Below, in pieces: positions 10,580 through 19,973 of a stretch of DNA of 46,575 nt. A program made the translations under genes and the position numbers. A model generated the notes under the pieces. It was given only the letters and a program-made list of their open reading frames with translations, searched no databases and was not told the origin of the DNA. Origin of the DNA: Gammaproteobacteria bacterium (lineage in GTDB: Bacteria > Pseudomonadota > Gammaproteobacteria > Eutrophobiales > Eutrophobiaceae); the NCBI GenBank assembly GCA_038922895.1, contig JBCKWF010000001.1, positions 1 through 46,575 of the forward strand. Direction: 5' to 3'. Within the stretch, counting starts at the first letter, position 1; every line of letters begins with the position of its first letter.

Positions 10580-12649
10580 TTATTCGCAAAAATATTCCAG
10601 CGCCATTTGCTGGGCTGACCGCAGCTTGTTGCTGCCGGGCTTCTGGCGCTTGTAGGAGCCATCAGTTTGCATAATCCAGGACTGGCAATTGTCAATCAAG
10701 TAATTGTTGAGCCCGTACGTCAGCACCTGGTCGCGGGGGCGCTTCTCGTCAATCGGGAAACAGGTCTCCACTCGGTTATGCATATTTCTTGGCATCCAGT
10801 CAGCACTCGAACAGAACAACAGTTCTTTGCCACCGTGATAAAAGTAAAACACCCGACTATGTTCGAGAAAACGGCCGACGATGGACCGCACATGGATATT
10901 TTCGGATACGCCCTTGACGCCTGGCCGCAGACAACATACGCCCCGGATAATCAGATCAATTTTTACACCGGCCTGCGAGGCACGATACAAGGCCCGTATC
11001 AGATCCGGATCGACCAGCGCATTCATCTTGACGATGATCCTGGCCTCCTTTTTTCTCATTGCATTTTTTGCCTCTGCATCTATCAACTCAAGCAGTCGCT
11101 TCAGCAAGGTAAACGGGGACTGCAACAGCTTCTTCAACTTGCCGGCCCGTCCGAGACCGGTCATCTGGAGAAACAGCCTGTTTACATCCAGGCCGATGTC
11201 CTTGTCACAGGTAAACAGACCGTAGTCAGTATAGATACGTGCGGTCCTGGAATGATAATTTCCGGTCCCCAGGTGCACATAGCGCCGTAATACCCTGCCT
11301 TCCCTGCGCACGACCATGCACATCTTTGCATGGGTCTTGTATCCGACAATACCGTAAACAACATGCGCACCTACTTCCTGCAGGTCGTTTGCCATTTCAA
11401 TATTCGCTTCTTCATCAAATCTGGCAAGCAGTTCAATTACCACTGTTACCTCTTTACCAATCTGGGCAGCGTCCTTCAGTGCCTCCACGATCGCTGAATC
11501 CACACCGGTGCGGTACAGTGTCTGTTTGATCGATAACACATTCGGATCATGTGCTGCCTGACGCAGAAAATCGACCACAGGGGCAAACGACTGAAACGGG
11601 TGGTAAAGCAGGATATCGCCATTTCGCAGCGTATCAAAAATATTATTGCTCTTTTGCAACCTGGGAGGTATGTCCGGGGTAAAACCGGGATAGACCAGGT
11701 CCGGGCGATTGGCCAGATCCAGGATTGCGCTTAGCCGGTGCAGATTGACCGGTCCGTGGACCTTGTACAGATCGGTCTCATCCAGTCCGAATTTCTGTAA
11801 CAAAAATGAACAAAGTTCCTCCGGGCAATTGTCTACAACCTCAAGACGCACTGCATCACTGAACCGTCTGGATGGAAGTTCACCCTCCAGCGCTAGTAAC
11901 AGATCATCAACCTCCTCACTGTCTACAAACAGGTCACCGTCCCGGGTCACCTTGAACTGGTAACAACCTGTAACCTTCATGCCTGGAAACAAATCATTGA
12001 CATGCGCATGAATTATCGACGACAACAGTATAAAATCATGCGGGCCACTGGTATGTTTGGATGTAACCGGCACTACCCTGGGCAAGGAACGCGGGGCCTG
12101 CACAATCGCCAGATCAGTTTCACGGCCGAACGCGTCCTTGCCTTCGAGTGAAATAATAAAATACAGGTTTTTATTCAGTACTCGCGGAAACGGATGGGAC
12201 GGATCCAGACCGATAGGACTGAGTACCGGCAAAACATTATTGTTAAAATACCGCTTGACCCATCTCGCCACATTCGGTACCCAGGCCTTACGCCTTAGCA
12301 CGAGGATTTTTTCCTTCGTCAGCGCCGGTGTAATGACTTCATTCAACACCCTGTACTGTTCCTGGACCAGCTCATGTGCTATCTGACTGATGCGACTGAG
12401 AATCTCGGCCGGGGTCTGGTTATCAGGCCCGGTCTGAACTGAACCATACTTGACCTGCTGTTTGATCCCGGAGACGCGTATCTCAAAAAACTCGTCCAGA
12501 TTGGTGCTGGCAATACACAGGAACCGCAATCGTTCCAGCAATGGGACAGATTCATCACTGGCCTGCGCGATCACACGCCGGTTAAACTCAAGCAGACTGA
12601 GTTCACGGTTTATATAAAGCTCAGGATTATTCAGGTTACTTGCGCCCAT
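10580..12649 (-). CDS. ppk: polyphosphate kinase 1
   Basis: 689 aa. N-terminal NRELSLLEFNRRV, PLD-like YKTHAKMCMVVR, and C-terminal GSADWMPRNMHNRVE. Confidence 0.95.
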   Translation of the reverse strand: MGASNLNNPELYINRELSLLEFNRRVIAQASDESVPLLERLRFLCIASTNLDEFFEIRVSGIKQQVKYGSVQTGPDNQTPAEILSRISQIAHELVQEQYRVLNEVITPALTKEKILVLRRKAWVPNVARWVKRYFNNNVLPVLSPIGLDPSHPFPRVLNKNLYFIISLEGKDAFGRETDLAIVQAPRSLPRVVPVTSKHTSGPHDFILLSSIIHAHVNDLFPGMKVTGCYQFKVTRDGDLFVDSEEVDDLLLALEGELPSRRFSDAVRLEVVDNCPEELCSFLLQKFGLDETDLYKVHGPVNLHRLSAILDLANRPDLVYPGFTPDIPPRLQKSNNIFDTLRNGDILLYHPFQSFAPVVDFLRQAAHDPNVLSIKQTLYRTGVDSAIVEALKDAAQIGKEVTVVIELLARFDEEANIEMANDLQEVGAHVVYGIVGYKTHAKMCMVVRREGRVLRRYVHLGTGNYHSRTARIYTDYGLFTCDKDIGLDVNRLFLQMTGLGRAGKLKKLLQSPFTLLKRLLELIDAEAKNAMRKKEARIIVKMNALVDPDLIRALYRASQAGVKIDLIIRGVCCLRPGVKGVSENIHVRSIVGRFLEHSRVFYFYHGGKELLFCSSADWMPRNMHNRVETCFPIDEKRPRDQVLTYGLNNYLIDNCQSWIMQTDGSYKRQKPGSNKLRSAQQMALEYFCE

Positions 12650-12751
12650 CAGAATCTTCGTGTGCAGTCAGAGGGGAAAAACCGGGCTGGTTATGGGTAT
12701 AATAATTAAAAAAAAACAGCATTATCCTGATTGAGTGTCCCGGCCACTGGC

Positions 12752-13459
12752 TCAGGAATTAACTTCCTTCTCCATCTGTTCAATACTGATATGGCGGACG
12801 TCCTTGCCCTCGACAAAATAAATCACATATTCACAGATATTCCTGGCATGGTCGCCGATCCTTTCCATAGCACGCGCGATCCAGACTACGTCCATCGAAC
12901 TGGTAATATTGCGCGGATCCTCCATCATATAGGTAATCAGCTGTCTTAATAACGCACCATACTGATCATTGGATTGAGGTTCCTTGCTGGCTACATGCAG
13001 CGCCGCCCTTGAGTCCATCCTGGCAAAAGCATCCAGTGCGTCATGCACCATTTGATTGACCAGCGTTCCCATCGCCTTCAGCCCGATATAATAGGCCTTG
13101 GGGGCCTGCTTTTCTGCAAGCAGGATCGCCATCTTTGCTATTTTTTCTGCCTCATCACCTATGCGTTCCAGATCGGTAATTGTCTTGATGATTGCCATAA
13201 TCAGGCGCAAATCGACAGCAGTGGGCTGTCGTTTCGCCAGGATACGGATACATTCCTCGTCTATCGAAACCTCAAACTGGTTCACATTATATTCAGTCTT
13301 GATTATATTCTCGGCCGTTTCAAGATCAGATTCGACCAATGCATTAATCGAAGCAGTTAATTGTTGCTCGACCAGACCTCCCATCGCAAGCACCAGGCTG
13401 CGGATATTTTCGAGTTCATTGTCGAACTGCTTGGAAATGTGTTGGCTGGTGCTGGTCAT
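12752..13459 (-). CDS. phoU: phosphate signalling complex protein PhoU
   Basis: Two PhoU repeats (DLERIGDEAEKIA and AMERIGDHARNICE). Lies last in the pstCAB-phoU order. Confidence 0.95.
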   Translation of the reverse strand: MTSTSQHISKQFDNELENIRSLVLAMGGLVEQQLTASINALVESDLETAENIIKTEYNVNQFEVSIDEECIRILAKRQPTAVDLRLIMAIIKTITDLERIGDEAEKIAKMAILLAEKQAPKAYYIGLKAMGTLVNQMVHDALDAFARMDSRAALHVASKEPQSNDQYGALLRQLITYMMEDPRNITSSMDVVWIARAMERIGDHARNICEYVIYFVEGKDVRHISIEQMEKEVNS

Positions 13460-13480
13460 AACGATTCTCCGCCGGTGTGA

Positions 13481-14371
13481 CTAACCATGCCGACCGGTTA
13501 TATAGTCCTCGGTCATTTTCTGCCAGGGTTTGGTAAACAGCGTGCTGGTATCATTAAATTCGATTAATTCTCCAATATACATATACGCAGTATAGTCTGA
13601 AACTCGCGCCGCCTGCTGCATATTGTGCGTCACGATAACAATAGTGTATCTGGATTTCAGTTCGTAGATTAACTCTTCAATCTTCAGGGTGGAAATCGGG
13701 TCCAGTGCCGATGCCGGCTCATCCAGCAGCAACACCTCAGGTTCAATTGCGATTGCCCTTGCAATGACCAGACGCTGTTGCTGACCGCCTGATAGCCCCA
13801 TTGCATCTGCATCAAGCCGGTCCTTCACCTCGTCCCACAACGCCGCACTGTGTAGTGACTTTTCTACAACCTCCTCCAGCACCTTGCGGCTCTTGATCCC
13901 ATGAATGCGCAGGCCATAAGCCACGTTCTCAAATATAGTCTTCGGGAACGGATTCGGTTTCTGGAACACCATACCGACCCTGCGCCTCAATTCCGAAACG
14001 TTTATCGATTTCGCTAAAATATTTTCGCCATGCAGGGTTATCTCACCCTCTACACGTATATTATCAATCAGATCATTCATACGGTTAAAACAGCGTAGCA
14101 AGGTCGACTTGCCGCAGCCGCTCGGACCAATAAAGGCGGTTACCCTTTTTTCAGGTATCTTCAGGTTTATAGTTTTTAATGCCTGGTTGTTGCCGTAAAA
14201 GAAACTAAAGTTCTTCACCTCAATACAGATCTTCTCATTATCAAGCTCGACCCTGCTGGACGATTTCCTGATTATATCCGGATCAATAGCGTGCGTGCGT
14301 AGGTTACGCTGCGGTTCATCATGCTGACTCATATCATTCTTGCTCACCTGACTAGTGCTGTTCGGAAGCAC
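13481..14371 (-). CDS. pstB: phosphate ABC transporter ATP-binding protein
   Basis: Walker [10 protein letters not shown], signature LSGGQQQR, Walker B LLLDEP. GTG start at 14371 with a GGGAGA SD 6-7 nt upstream. An ATG at 14332 is an alternative. Confidence 0.93.
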   Translation of the reverse strand: MLPNSTSQVSKNDMSQHDEPQRNLRTHAIDPDIIRKSSSRVELDNEKICIEVKNFSFFYGNNQALKTINLKIPEKRVTAFIGPSGCGKSTLLRCFNRMNDLIDNIRVEGEITLHGENILAKSINVSELRRRVGMVFQKPNPFPKTIFENVAYGLRIHGIKSRKVLEEVVEKSLHSAALWDEVKDRLDADAMGLSGGQQQRLVIARAIAIEPEVLLLDEPASALDPISTLKIEELIYELKSRYTIVIVTHNMQQAARVSDYTAYMYIGELIEFNDTSTLFTKPWQKMTEDYITGRHG

Positions 14372-16010
14372 GGTATTTCTCCCTTAGCTTATTTCTAATA
14401 TGGATTGCTGCCAAGTTTAAAAATATGATTATCAGCACCAGTAATAGCGCAGTTGCAAATACGAGCGGCCTGGCGGCCTCAACATTCGGACTTTGAAAAC
14501 CTACATCATAGATGTGAAACCCCAGATGCATGAATTTGCGTTCCAGATGCAGGTAAGGAAAGTTAGCGTCGAGAGGCAGTGAAGGCGCCAGTTTGACTAC
14601 ACCAACCAGCATCAACGGCGCAACTTCCCCGGCTGCCCGGGCAATGGCCAGGATCATACCGGTCATCATCGCCGATGCTGTCATTGGCAACACGGTACGC
14701 ATTAATGTTTCTGCCTTGGTAGCACCCAGTGCAAGACTGCCTTCCCGTATTGATCTGGGCACCCTTGAGAGGCCTTCTTCGGTTGAAACGATAACCACGG
14801 GCACAGTGAGGATGGCAAGTGTCAATGCAGCCCAGAGCAGCCCCGGCGTACCAAATGTAGGTGAAGGCAATGATTCGGCAAACAGTAATTCATCAATATT
14901 ACCGCCGATAAAGTAGACAAAAAATCCAAGTCCAAATACGCCGTATACAACCGATGGCACACCGGCCAGATTATTGACCGCAATACGGATAATCCTGACC
15001 AGCGTACCCTGCTTCGCATACTCACGCAGGTAAACAGCGGCAATCACGCCGAACGGGGTAACCATGATAGACATTATTATTACCATCATTACCGTGCCAA
15101 ATATGGCCGGGAAGATACCACCCTCCGTATTTGCCTCTCGAGGTTCATCGGAGACAAATTCCCACAGCTTTTTCAGATAAAAGCTGACCTTGGCAAACAG
15201 CGACATTGCATTCGGGCGATACGCCCTGACAACCTGTGACAAGGGTAATTCAATCTCGCTACCATCAGAAATCCTGGCAGTGATACTGTATCTGCCTAAC
15301 CCGGCATACAGCCGGGAAAGTTCTTCGGTATGACTGTCGTATTGCTGCTGCAGCTGATTTTGCTGCTCAGCAAGCAGGGCCTGTGCACCTGAATCTCCCA
15401 GCTGCTTTGCTTGCAGACGCAATCGTTCCATACTGAAATTAATCTCACCTATCAGATCCTTCTCGATATGTTCTATTGCATCATGGACTACTGCAGTTTC
15501 AGCTATCGCCTGCTGAAACTTGTCCCATACTGAACTGTTATCAGCAGGATCATCCTGACCGTTCTGCTTCACGGCGACCAGATAAGCATACAGGTTGCCC
15601 CATGCACGCCGCTCAACTGCCATTAATTCGTCAGGATAGCGGATATCCATCATGCCGTTCCCCACCACCCAGCGAAAATCCATGCCTAGATGGTCCCGAT
15701 TTCCTGTCTTGATCAGGTATCGGTCAATAAAGTCCATATCTTCCGGAATGCGAACATCGGTTTCAGCGATCCGGGATCGCGGTACATTTTCATGATCCAC
15801 AAGTTCACCGATAATCAGAGTGTTGGTACCCTCTGCGTCCATGTATTCAAATTCTGCTATTGATGCCGGCCAGAAATGTCCGAGTCCGCGTACCGCAATC
15901 AGTGTTAACAGCCCCAGTACCATCAGTATGGAAACACTGACTGCCCCTGCATTCAGCCAGATCCAGGGGGTACCGCTATCCAGCCAGCTTTTTATATTTT
16001 TCGGTATCAT
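14352..16010 (-). CDS. pstA: phosphate ABC transporter permease PstA (long form, 552 aa)
   Basis: C-terminal permease core with EAA-type loop [20 protein letters not shown]. Large loop after TM1. ATGA overlap with pstC. Confidence 0.9.
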   Translation of the reverse strand: MIPKNIKSWLDSGTPWIWLNAGAVSVSILMVLGLLTLIAVRGLGHFWPASIAEFEYMDAEGTNTLIIGELVDHENVPRSRIAETDVRIPEDMDFIDRYLIKTGNRDHLGMDFRWVVGNGMMDIRYPDELMAVERRAWGNLYAYLVAVKQNGQDDPADNSSVWDKFQQAIAETAVVHDAIEHIEKDLIGEINFSMERLRLQAKQLGDSGAQALLAEQQNQLQQQYDSHTEELSRLYAGLGRYSITARISDGSEIELPLSQVVRAYRPNAMSLFAKVSFYLKKLWEFVSDEPREANTEGGIFPAIFGTVMMVIIMSIMVTPFGVIAAVYLREYAKQGTLVRIIRIAVNNLAGVPSVVYGVFGLGFFVYFIGGNIDELLFAESLPSPTFGTPGLLWAALTLAILTVPVVIVSTEEGLSRVPRSIREGSLALGATKAETLMRTVLPMTASAMMTGMILAIARAAGEVAPLMLVGVVKLAPSLPLDANFPYLHLERKFMHLGFHIYDVGFQSPNVEAARPLVFATALLLVLIIIFLNLAAIHIRNKLREKYRASEQH

Positions 16011-18286
16011 AATGAACTGTACTTCTGGCGCAGACGTTGTCTTACCACTTCAGCCACTGTATTAAACACGAACGTTGCCATGAACAATACCAGCCCGGCA
16101 AGAAACAGGATCCGGTAATGCGTACTGCCCAATTCGGACTCGGGCATCTCCACTGCGATATTTGCAGAAAGCGCACGAAAGCCCTGGAACATATTCAGAT
16201 CCATGATGGCCGTATTTCCGGTGGCCATCACTACGATCATGGTTTCACCGACTGCACGGCCGAGACCGATCATAACTGCAGAAAAAATGCCGGGGCTCGC
16301 TGTAAGTAATATCACCCTTGCCATCGTTTGCCAGGGCGTGGCCCCCAATGCAAGTGAACCTGTAGTCAGGTGCCTGGGTACGCCGAAGATTGCATCCTCG
16401 CTGATGGAAAATATAGTGGGGATCACTGCGAAGCCGATGGCTATACCAACAATAAACGAATTACGTTGATCATAGGCTATCCCCAACTCCTGAGTCAGCC
16501 ATAAAGGCAGGTTCCCATCAAACAACCATAATTCGATCGGCTTGCTTATACCAAATACCAGTGCTGTAACCAGCATAATGACCGGGATTAATATTATTGC
16601 CTCTGAACCGGCCGGCACCCGCAGTCTGATTCGTTCAGGCAGCGTGTGCCATAGCCAGGCGGTTGAGAGTATCGCCAGTGGTATCATAATAAATATCAGG
16701 AACATTGCAGGCAGATATGCCTCGACTATCGGGGCAAACCACAGGCCCGCCAGAAACCCGAGGATGACTGTTGGCAAGGCTGCCATGATCTCGATGGTTG
16801 GTTTTACCAGGTTGCGCAAACCGGGCGACATGAAATAGGCGGTATAGATTGCAGCCATAATCGCGAGTGGAATGGCAAATAACATCGCATAAAAAGATGC
16901 CTTCAGAGTACCGAAAGCCAGCGGTGTTAGACTGAATTTTGGTTCAAAGTCACTGCTGGCGGACGAAGACTGCCAGATATATGCCGGTTGTTCGCGGCTT
17001 TCATACCAGACCTTGCCCCAGATGGTGTTCCACGATACCTCCGGATGTTCATTTTCAAGGTCCCACAATTGCAGTTCTCCATTGCTGCCTTCAACCAGGA
17101 CTGCGTTGGCCCTCGGGGCAATTGCGAGCATGCCTTTAGGCCCTGAATTTACCTGCTTAATCTTCATAGTGCGATGGGCTGTTGCATGATAGATGCCCAG
17201 ATTACCGGCCTCGTCCAGTGCCAGCATGCCCTTGCGATAATGTTCCGGGACCATGCTGTGTATGGCCGCCGTCTGCGAGTCAAAATTTCGCACATTCTGT
17301 AATGTATAATTATTGTCAGCATCCCTGACCGGAAACCATTGTGAGATGGATCCGTCGGTAGAACCAACCAGTATGGATATGCCCCCGCTTAAAAACTGCA
17401 GTGAAGTAATTCTTGCGTTGTTATGTACTACCCTGATCCGCTCAAGTAACTGGGGCGCCGTTTTATCGCTGATATCGTAGAAATATAACCAGCCTCTGTC
17501 GTCGGCAAAATACAATTCCCGCTGCTCCACATCGAGCACCAGATGGGTTACTTTTGTATTCGTGTTCATCTGTATGGTCTGATCAATTCGCTCAACCGTC
17601 TGGCCATCACCCAGAACACCGGATTGCAGCGCGAGATTGACCAGCAACAAACGACCATCTTCGGTAACTGCAGCAATCGTAGTCTGCGTTTCGTCAGACT
17701 GCGCAGACAAAAGCATCAGTCGTTTTTGGATTGAATCAATACGGATCGGCTTACCATCAAGCAGGCCGGTTACTGACGGCGTGATCAATCTTTTATCCTC
17801 TGGATAGGTAACGCTATATTGATGGCTGCGCAGTAATACTGACCCGTTGTCCAGCCCGAAGGCAAGCAATCGCTGGGCCGGATCACCGGCAGCGAAACTG
17901 GTGACTGATCTGCTTGGGTCTGACAGCACCGATTCCTGCTTTATAATCCCACCGGTTGTGGTATTAAAAAACAGTATGCCTCCCAGGTCTGTCACCCGCA
18001 TACCGATTTCATGTTGTTCTTCCATAGCGTAATAGACAGACGCCTGTTCTGAACCACCAGGCAGGCTGTAGGAGGCTACCTGCTCCAGCCGGGCAGGCAG
18101 AAACAGCGGGACAACAACCCAGACCAGATACAAGGCTATCATGACTATCGCGGCTATCACCCCGCTACCGCCAATTGCCACCAGATAGCGTATCACCACG
18201 TCCTTTAGCTTGCGGTAATTACGATAACGTTTTGCGGCCGCGTCGTTAAAATCCGGCAGAAAGGTTTCTGTATTGCTTACTGGCAT
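16007..18286 (-). CDS. pstC: phosphate ABC transporter permease PstC (long form, about 760 aa)
   Basis: C-terminal permease core with [26 protein letters not shown] domain of about 430 aa lies between TM1 and the core. I chose the start MPVSNTETFLPDF... at 18286. The extra 36 codons up to 18394 run through a Pho-box-like promoter sequence. Confidence 0.88.
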   Translation of the reverse strand: MPVSNTETFLPDFNDAAAKRYRNYRKLKDVVIRYLVAIGGSGVIAAIVMIALYLVWVVVPLFLPARLEQVASYSLPGGSEQASVYYAMEEQHEIGMRVTDLGGILFFNTTTGGIIKQESVLSDPSRSVTSFAAGDPAQRLLAFGLDNGSVLLRSHQYSVTYPEDKRLITPSVTGLLDGKPIRIDSIQKRLMLLSAQSDETQTTIAAVTEDGRLLLVNLALQSGVLGDGQTVERIDQTIQMNTNTKVTHLVLDVEQRELYFADDRGWLYFYDISDKTAPQLLERIRVVHNNARITSLQFLSGGISILVGSTDGSISQWFPVRDADNNYTLQNVRNFDSQTAAIHSMVPEHYRKGMLALDEAGNLGIYHATAHRTMKIKQVNSGPKGMLAIAPRANAVLVEGSNGELQLWDLENEHPEVSWNTIWGKVWYESREQPAYIWQSSSASSDFEPKFSLTPLAFGTLKASFYAMLFAIPLAIMAAIYTAYFMSPGLRNLVKPTIEIMAALPTVILGFLAGLWFAPIVEAYLPAMFLIFIMIPLAILSTAWLWHTLPERIRLRVPAGSEAIILIPVIMLVTALVFGISKPIELWLFDGNLPLWLTQELGIAYDQRNSFIVGIAIGFAVIPTIFSISEDAIFGVPRHLTTGSLALGATPWQTMARVILLTASPGIFSAVMIGLGRAVGETMIVVMATGNTAIMDLNMFQGFRALSANIAVEMPESELGSTHYRILFLAGLVLFMATFVFNTVAEVVRQRLRQKYSSL

Positions 18287-18308
18287 CGCGCAAGTGTAGG
18301 TGTGGTTA

Positions 18309-18326
18309 ATGACATATTTGTTACAC
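18309..18326 (-). promoter_or_regulatory. Pho-box-like site upstream of pstC (GTGTAAC-AAAT-ATGTCAT on the minus strand)
   Basis: Two 7-nt half-sites with 11-bp phasing that resemble CTGTCAT-N4-CTGTCAT. A TACACT -10-like hexamer lies 10 nt downstream and ends 6 nt before the pstC ATG. Confidence 0.5.
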
Positions 18327-18591
18327 GACCCCGTGTTCTGGAATATATATACAGTGGTTAGTTTGTCCGTGATCGTTTTTTTTGAGACCCGCAAGCTTCC
18401 CGGCGTAACAGTTGTTCATCACAAATTAAATGTTTGTGCTGTCTGTCCACACGCTGGAGTGACAGCTGACAAATGACTTGTCACGCGTATCCGGACATCT
18501 TTTCAGCTTGCCTGGCATCCGTGCAGATCCCTGCTGCTTCCATAAAGGCTGACATTATATATAGCAGCCCGTGTATTTGTTACAGGAAAAA

Positions 18592-18666
18592 CTGTCATAA
18601 AAATTTAACAATACAAATACACGAAAGTAATAAAATTGTAACAATTGTAATAAAATTGTAACAATT
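18592..18666 (+). promoter_or_regulatory. Plus-strand array of Pho-box-like half-sites with 11-bp phasing
   Basis: CTGTCAT-aaaa-ATTTAAC-aata-CAAATAC-acga-AAGTAAT-aaaa-TTGTAAC-aa-TTGTAAT-aaaa-TTGTAAC. The first 11 nt match the E. coli consensus. The TTGTAAT and TTGTAAC half-sites recur in the phoB/porin array at 37439-37467. Confidence 0.45.
18627..18666. repeat. perfect tandem duplication, 2 x 20 bp (gtaataaaattgtaacaatt)
   Basis: Read directly: 18627-18646 is identical to 18647-18666. It lies immediately left of the Rep C-terminal fragment. Confidence 0.95.
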
Positions 18667-18671
18667 AGGTA

Positions 18672-19192
18672 TTGCCCAGCAGAATTGCAAGATCAGTTAT
18701 TTACCGTATTATAATGAAGGCCTATTGCAAACACTGTGAACTGAAGAAACATCCGCCGACCAGGACAGATATAATTTCTGACCTGTCAGAATTTTCACTG
18801 CCATTACTTCGCATCGAATTAACTCTACGTCGGCCAGAGTTGAAAGGCCGGGGGGTACTGGACGAGTCCATCATATGGAATATTTTTCAAAGCTGGAGAT
18901 CCACACAATGAAAATCCGAAACATTGCAGACGTCACTTTACGGCCATTCGTCAAGCTCACTTTGCAGTCCTGGTATGATGGCAGTGATGTCTCTCTTACA
19001 CTGCCACGCAGAACTTTTTATAAATACCGGAAAGAAATTTTACACGAGACCGGCATCGATATTTCAATGTCGTATCGTGAACAGAATCCAGATGCAAAGC
19101 CGACATTATTGGGCATGGATGAATTAAAAAAGAGAGAAGTAAAAATCTACCCAGACCGCATCCAAGCGTCACTCTTCGGGGCTGGCCGATAG
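18672..19192 (+). pseudogene. C-terminal half of a replication initiation protein (phage gpII/X, Phage_CRI-like), with an internal frameshift near 18870-18880
   Basis: KAYCKHCELKKH...LRIELTLRRPELKGRG in ORF 18672-18911 continues in another frame (ORF 18875-19192) as EYFSKLEIHTM...QSWYDGSDVSLTLPRRTFYKYRKEILHETGIDIS. This is the characteristic C-terminal block of this Rep family as I recall it. Confidence 0.65.
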
Positions 19193-19372
19193 CACTGCCA
19201 TGAATCACCAGTGTGACTACCAGACCAGCAATAGATGCACGTGCTACGCACCAGCGGCCAGGGTGAAATGGATAAAAACTCTGAGTTGTGATAATAAGCT
19301 ACGAATAAATACAAATTTTAATGCTCCGTTGTCAAAGAGCAATTAGGGGCCTATATCTAGTTAGGAGTAATC

Positions 19373-19843
19373 ATGGACATAATTACCGTCGCATCTGCGT
19401 TTAGCCAAGCGCACCAAATCATCAAGGCGTTGCTTGAACTCAAGGTTGATTCTGAAACACTCGCCAAAATCACTACCTTGCAGTCTGTCCTTGCCGAAGC
19501 TCAAACATCTCAACTCATGCTGCTTGAGCAAAATTCGTCTTTGCTGAAGCTGAAAAACAATCTGGAAGAAGAAATTGTTCGCCTTGATACATGGGCGCAC
19601 GAGTCGCAACGCTACAAACTGCACGGGATACAGTCTGGTGTTGTCGCTTATGCGCTGAAGGAATCCCATGCAAACGGAGAACCACCATATTGGCTTTGCA
19701 CAAACTGCTACAACAACGGCCAAAAATCTATCCTCAATCGTAGCAAACGTAGTGGCTATGACCATACATATACTTGTACGCGCCAAGGATGTGGCAGCTC
19801 TATTATTATTGATGAGAATAATTCCCCTCAACATGTTTCCTAA
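19373..19843 (+). CDS. hypothetical protein: N-terminal coiled coil plus C-terminal four-Cys zinc-ribbon-like module
   Basis: Strong SD (taGGAGtaatcATG). Heptad-like LxxL-rich N-terminus (TLQSVLAEAQTSQLMLLEQNSSLLKLKNNLEEEIVRL), then WLCTNC...YTCTRQGC. No family recognised. Confidence 0.6.
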   Translation: MDIITVASAFSQAHQIIKALLELKVDSETLAKITTLQSVLAEAQTSQLMLLEQNSSLLKLKNNLEEEIVRLDTWAHESQRYKLHGIQSGVVAYALKESHANGEPPYWLCTNCYNNGQKSILNRSKRSGYDHTYTCTRQGCGSSIIIDENNSPQHVS

Positions 19844-19933
19844 CTCGGCAGTCAACCGAAAGTAGTGTCTAAAATTAAGTAGAATTTTACAGGTAGACGC
19901 GCGTGATTTCTGCCGGTCTCGATTCAACCGCCC

Positions 19934-19964
19934 AATGAGAGGCGAATTTAATTAATTATCGTGG
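19934..19964. repeat. direct repeat copy 1 (AATGAGAGGCGAATTTAATTAATTATCGTGG)
   Basis: Matches 20646-20678, with 10 + 16 identical positions around one G/A difference, a 2-nt indel near the 3' end, then GTGG in both. Contains the palindrome TTAATTAA. Ends 9 nt before the orf223 ATG. Confidence 0.9.
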
Positions 19965-19973
19965 GGATTAGAT

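Noticed and set aside
18459-18484. gtgacagctgacaaatgacttgtcac: a cluster of TGACA/TGTCA words with partial dyad symmetry in the pstC upstream region
   Set aside because: The dyad is imperfect and the half-sites are not 11-bp phased. It could be an additional PhoB or other regulator site, but I cannot support a specific call.
18627-18666. Considered whether the 20-bp tandem repeat is a mini CRISPR or an iteron array
   Set aside because: There are only two directly abutting copies with no spacers, so it is not a CRISPR. An iteron function cannot be excluded, but the Pho-box-like half-site content and position fit a regulatory duplication better. It is reported as a repeat and in the findings.
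19361-19927. 188-aa minus-strand ORF covering orf156
   Set aside because: It is antisense to the plus-strand orf156, which has a strong GGAG SD and a coherent coiled-coil plus Cys4 architecture. The minus-strand product is low-complexity and Arg/Leu/Phe-rich, with no SD.
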